Shown: positions 62,932-64,000 of the stretch, one piece after another
Layout of the letters: the number at the start of each line of letters is the position of its first letter
Numbering within the stretch: the stretch's first letter is position 1
Assembly: GCA_965262915.1 (NCBI GenBank)
Contig: OZ253564.1
Coordinates: forward strand, 1-64,000
Reading direction: 5' to 3'
Length of the DNA: 64,000 bases
DNA from: Candidatus Spongiisociaceae bacterium
Lineage (GTDB): Bacteria > Actinomycetota > Acidimicrobiia > Spongiisociales > Spongiisociaceae
Translations under genes and position numbers: made by a program
The notes under the pieces: generated by a model
Database searches by the model: none
What the model was told of the DNA's origin: nothing
What the model saw: only the letters and a program-made list of their open reading frames with translations

Positions 62932-64000
62932 ATGCGCCGGCGGGCACCAAGGCAAAGTGAGTTGAGGGCGATGTTCGATGTCCGGGTCCCGATGCGAGAC
63001 GGGACCCTGCTGTCGGCGGACGTCTACCTTCCTGCATCGGAGGGGCCCTTCCCGGCCCTTCTCTGCCGGACGATCTACAGCAAGGACAGCAACCCGGAGA
63101 CCGACGGTGCCAGACCCGCCGGTTACGTCGGTTGGGCTGCGACTTTCGCCGAGAACGGCTATGCCGTGGTGATCCAGGATTGCCGGGGGCGCTACGAGTC
63201 GGATGGGGTCTTCCAGGTGTATCTCGAGGCAGAGGACGGCTACGACACGATCGAATGGCTGGGGGGCCAGGACTGGTGCGACGGCAACGTCGGCGGATTC
63301 GGCATCTCCAATCCCGGCTCAACCCAGACCCAGGCGGCGCGCATGGCGAGCCCTTATCTGAAAGCCGTCATGCCCGTCGGTGCCTCGGTCGAGGCCTACG
63401 GCGCCGTGTGGGACGGGAGGGGCGTGCTTTCCCTTCAACTCGCCATGCACCACGGGTTGCAGACGGGCAGAAGGGCCATGCACCCTCGAGGAGTAGCCGT
63501 GCTGTCCGGTCTTCCACCGGGAAGCGTGGGCGTCGGGGGCCTCGACGCCCGTGGCCCGTCCGCCGACCTGTCCTACCTGTACAGGCGGCTGCCTCTGGCG
63601 GCGGCCCTCGACGAGTTTGGTGACGCTCACCGCTGGCGTGCCGAGTTCCTCGCGCATCCACGGTTCGACGACCACTGGCGAGCCCGGGGAATGAACGATC
63701 GCTATGAGTCATTGACCGCCCCGGCCTATTTCGTCACCGGCTGGTACGACTGCCTGGCGAGGGAAGTCATCGACAGCTTCGTGAAGTGGCGAGCGACGGC
63801 CAAAACCGAGGAGGCGCGTCGCCTCACCCGGATCATGGTCGGCCCGTGGACGCACACGAGGATCGGCGTGAGCGATTACGTGGAGGGTGTGGATTTCGGG
63901 AGCGAGGCGGCCATGGATCTCACCCACCTACACCTGCACTGGTACGACCAGAGATTGAAAGGGATCGACACCGGAGTCGATGCCGAGGCCCCGGTGCAGA
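62932..64000 (+). CDS. CocE/NonD family serine hydrolase, 3' truncated by window edge
   Basis: VPMRDGTLLSADVYLP, QDCRGRYESDG, WCDGNVG..GISNPG, GWYD, GPWTH; start 62932 or 62971; not in the ORF track. Confidence 0.9.
   Translation, partial: MRRRAPRQSELRAMFDVRVPMRDGTLLSADVYLPASEGPFPALLCRTIYSKDSNPETDGARPAGYVGWAATFAENGYAVVIQDCRGRYESDGVFQVYLEAEDGYDTIEWLGGQDWCDGNVGGFGISNPGSTQTQAARMASPYLKAVMPVGASVEAYGAVWDGRGVLSLQLAMHHGLQTGRRAMHPRGVAVLSGLPPGSVGVGGLDARGPSADLSYLYRRLPLAAALDEFGDAHRWRAEFLAHPRFDDHWRARGMNDRYESLTAPAYFVTGWYDCLAREVIDSFVKWRATAKTEEARRLTRIMVGPWTHTRIGVSDYVEGVDFGSEAAMDLTHLHLHWYDQRLKGIDTGVDAEAPVQ

Overview
High-GC bacterial DNA, most likely from an actinobacterium of Acidimicrobiia type (inference from clpB with an HspR-like operator, Tat/Sec lipoprotein solute-binding proteins and IS6110-like elements; ankyrin and retropepsin-like genes hint at a host-associated lifestyle). 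0-23 kb and 35-46 kb hold catabolic and transport genes: ABC and MFS transporters, four SDRs, two EutD-like M24 hydrolases, two phosphotriesterase-homology proteins, two class III aminotransferases, an amidohydrolase, and a PrpD/PaaK-like/amidase operon. 23-30 kb is a defence-like island: a Rad50/SMC-like zinc-hook ATPase translationally coupled to a small HEPN-like protein, an N4C methyltransferase with a frameshifted endonuclease, and Mrr. 30.6-34.6 kb is a decayed aromatic-degradation cluster. 45-51 kb is housekeeping (add, panB, clpB). 51.7-55.4 kb is a three-level IS nest (ISL3 > IS3 > IS30). 55.4-57.5 kb is an array of same-orientation 21-22 bp palindromic sites separating small orphan genes. 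60-62.7 kb is an arylsulfatase sitting inside an IS256-like remnant. The best candidates for undescribed systems are the SMC-HEPN pair, the repeat-delimited cassette array and a duplicated ~100-aa unknown protein family. No rRNA, tRNA or CRISPR array was seen. All assignments come from motifs read by eye; no database search was run.
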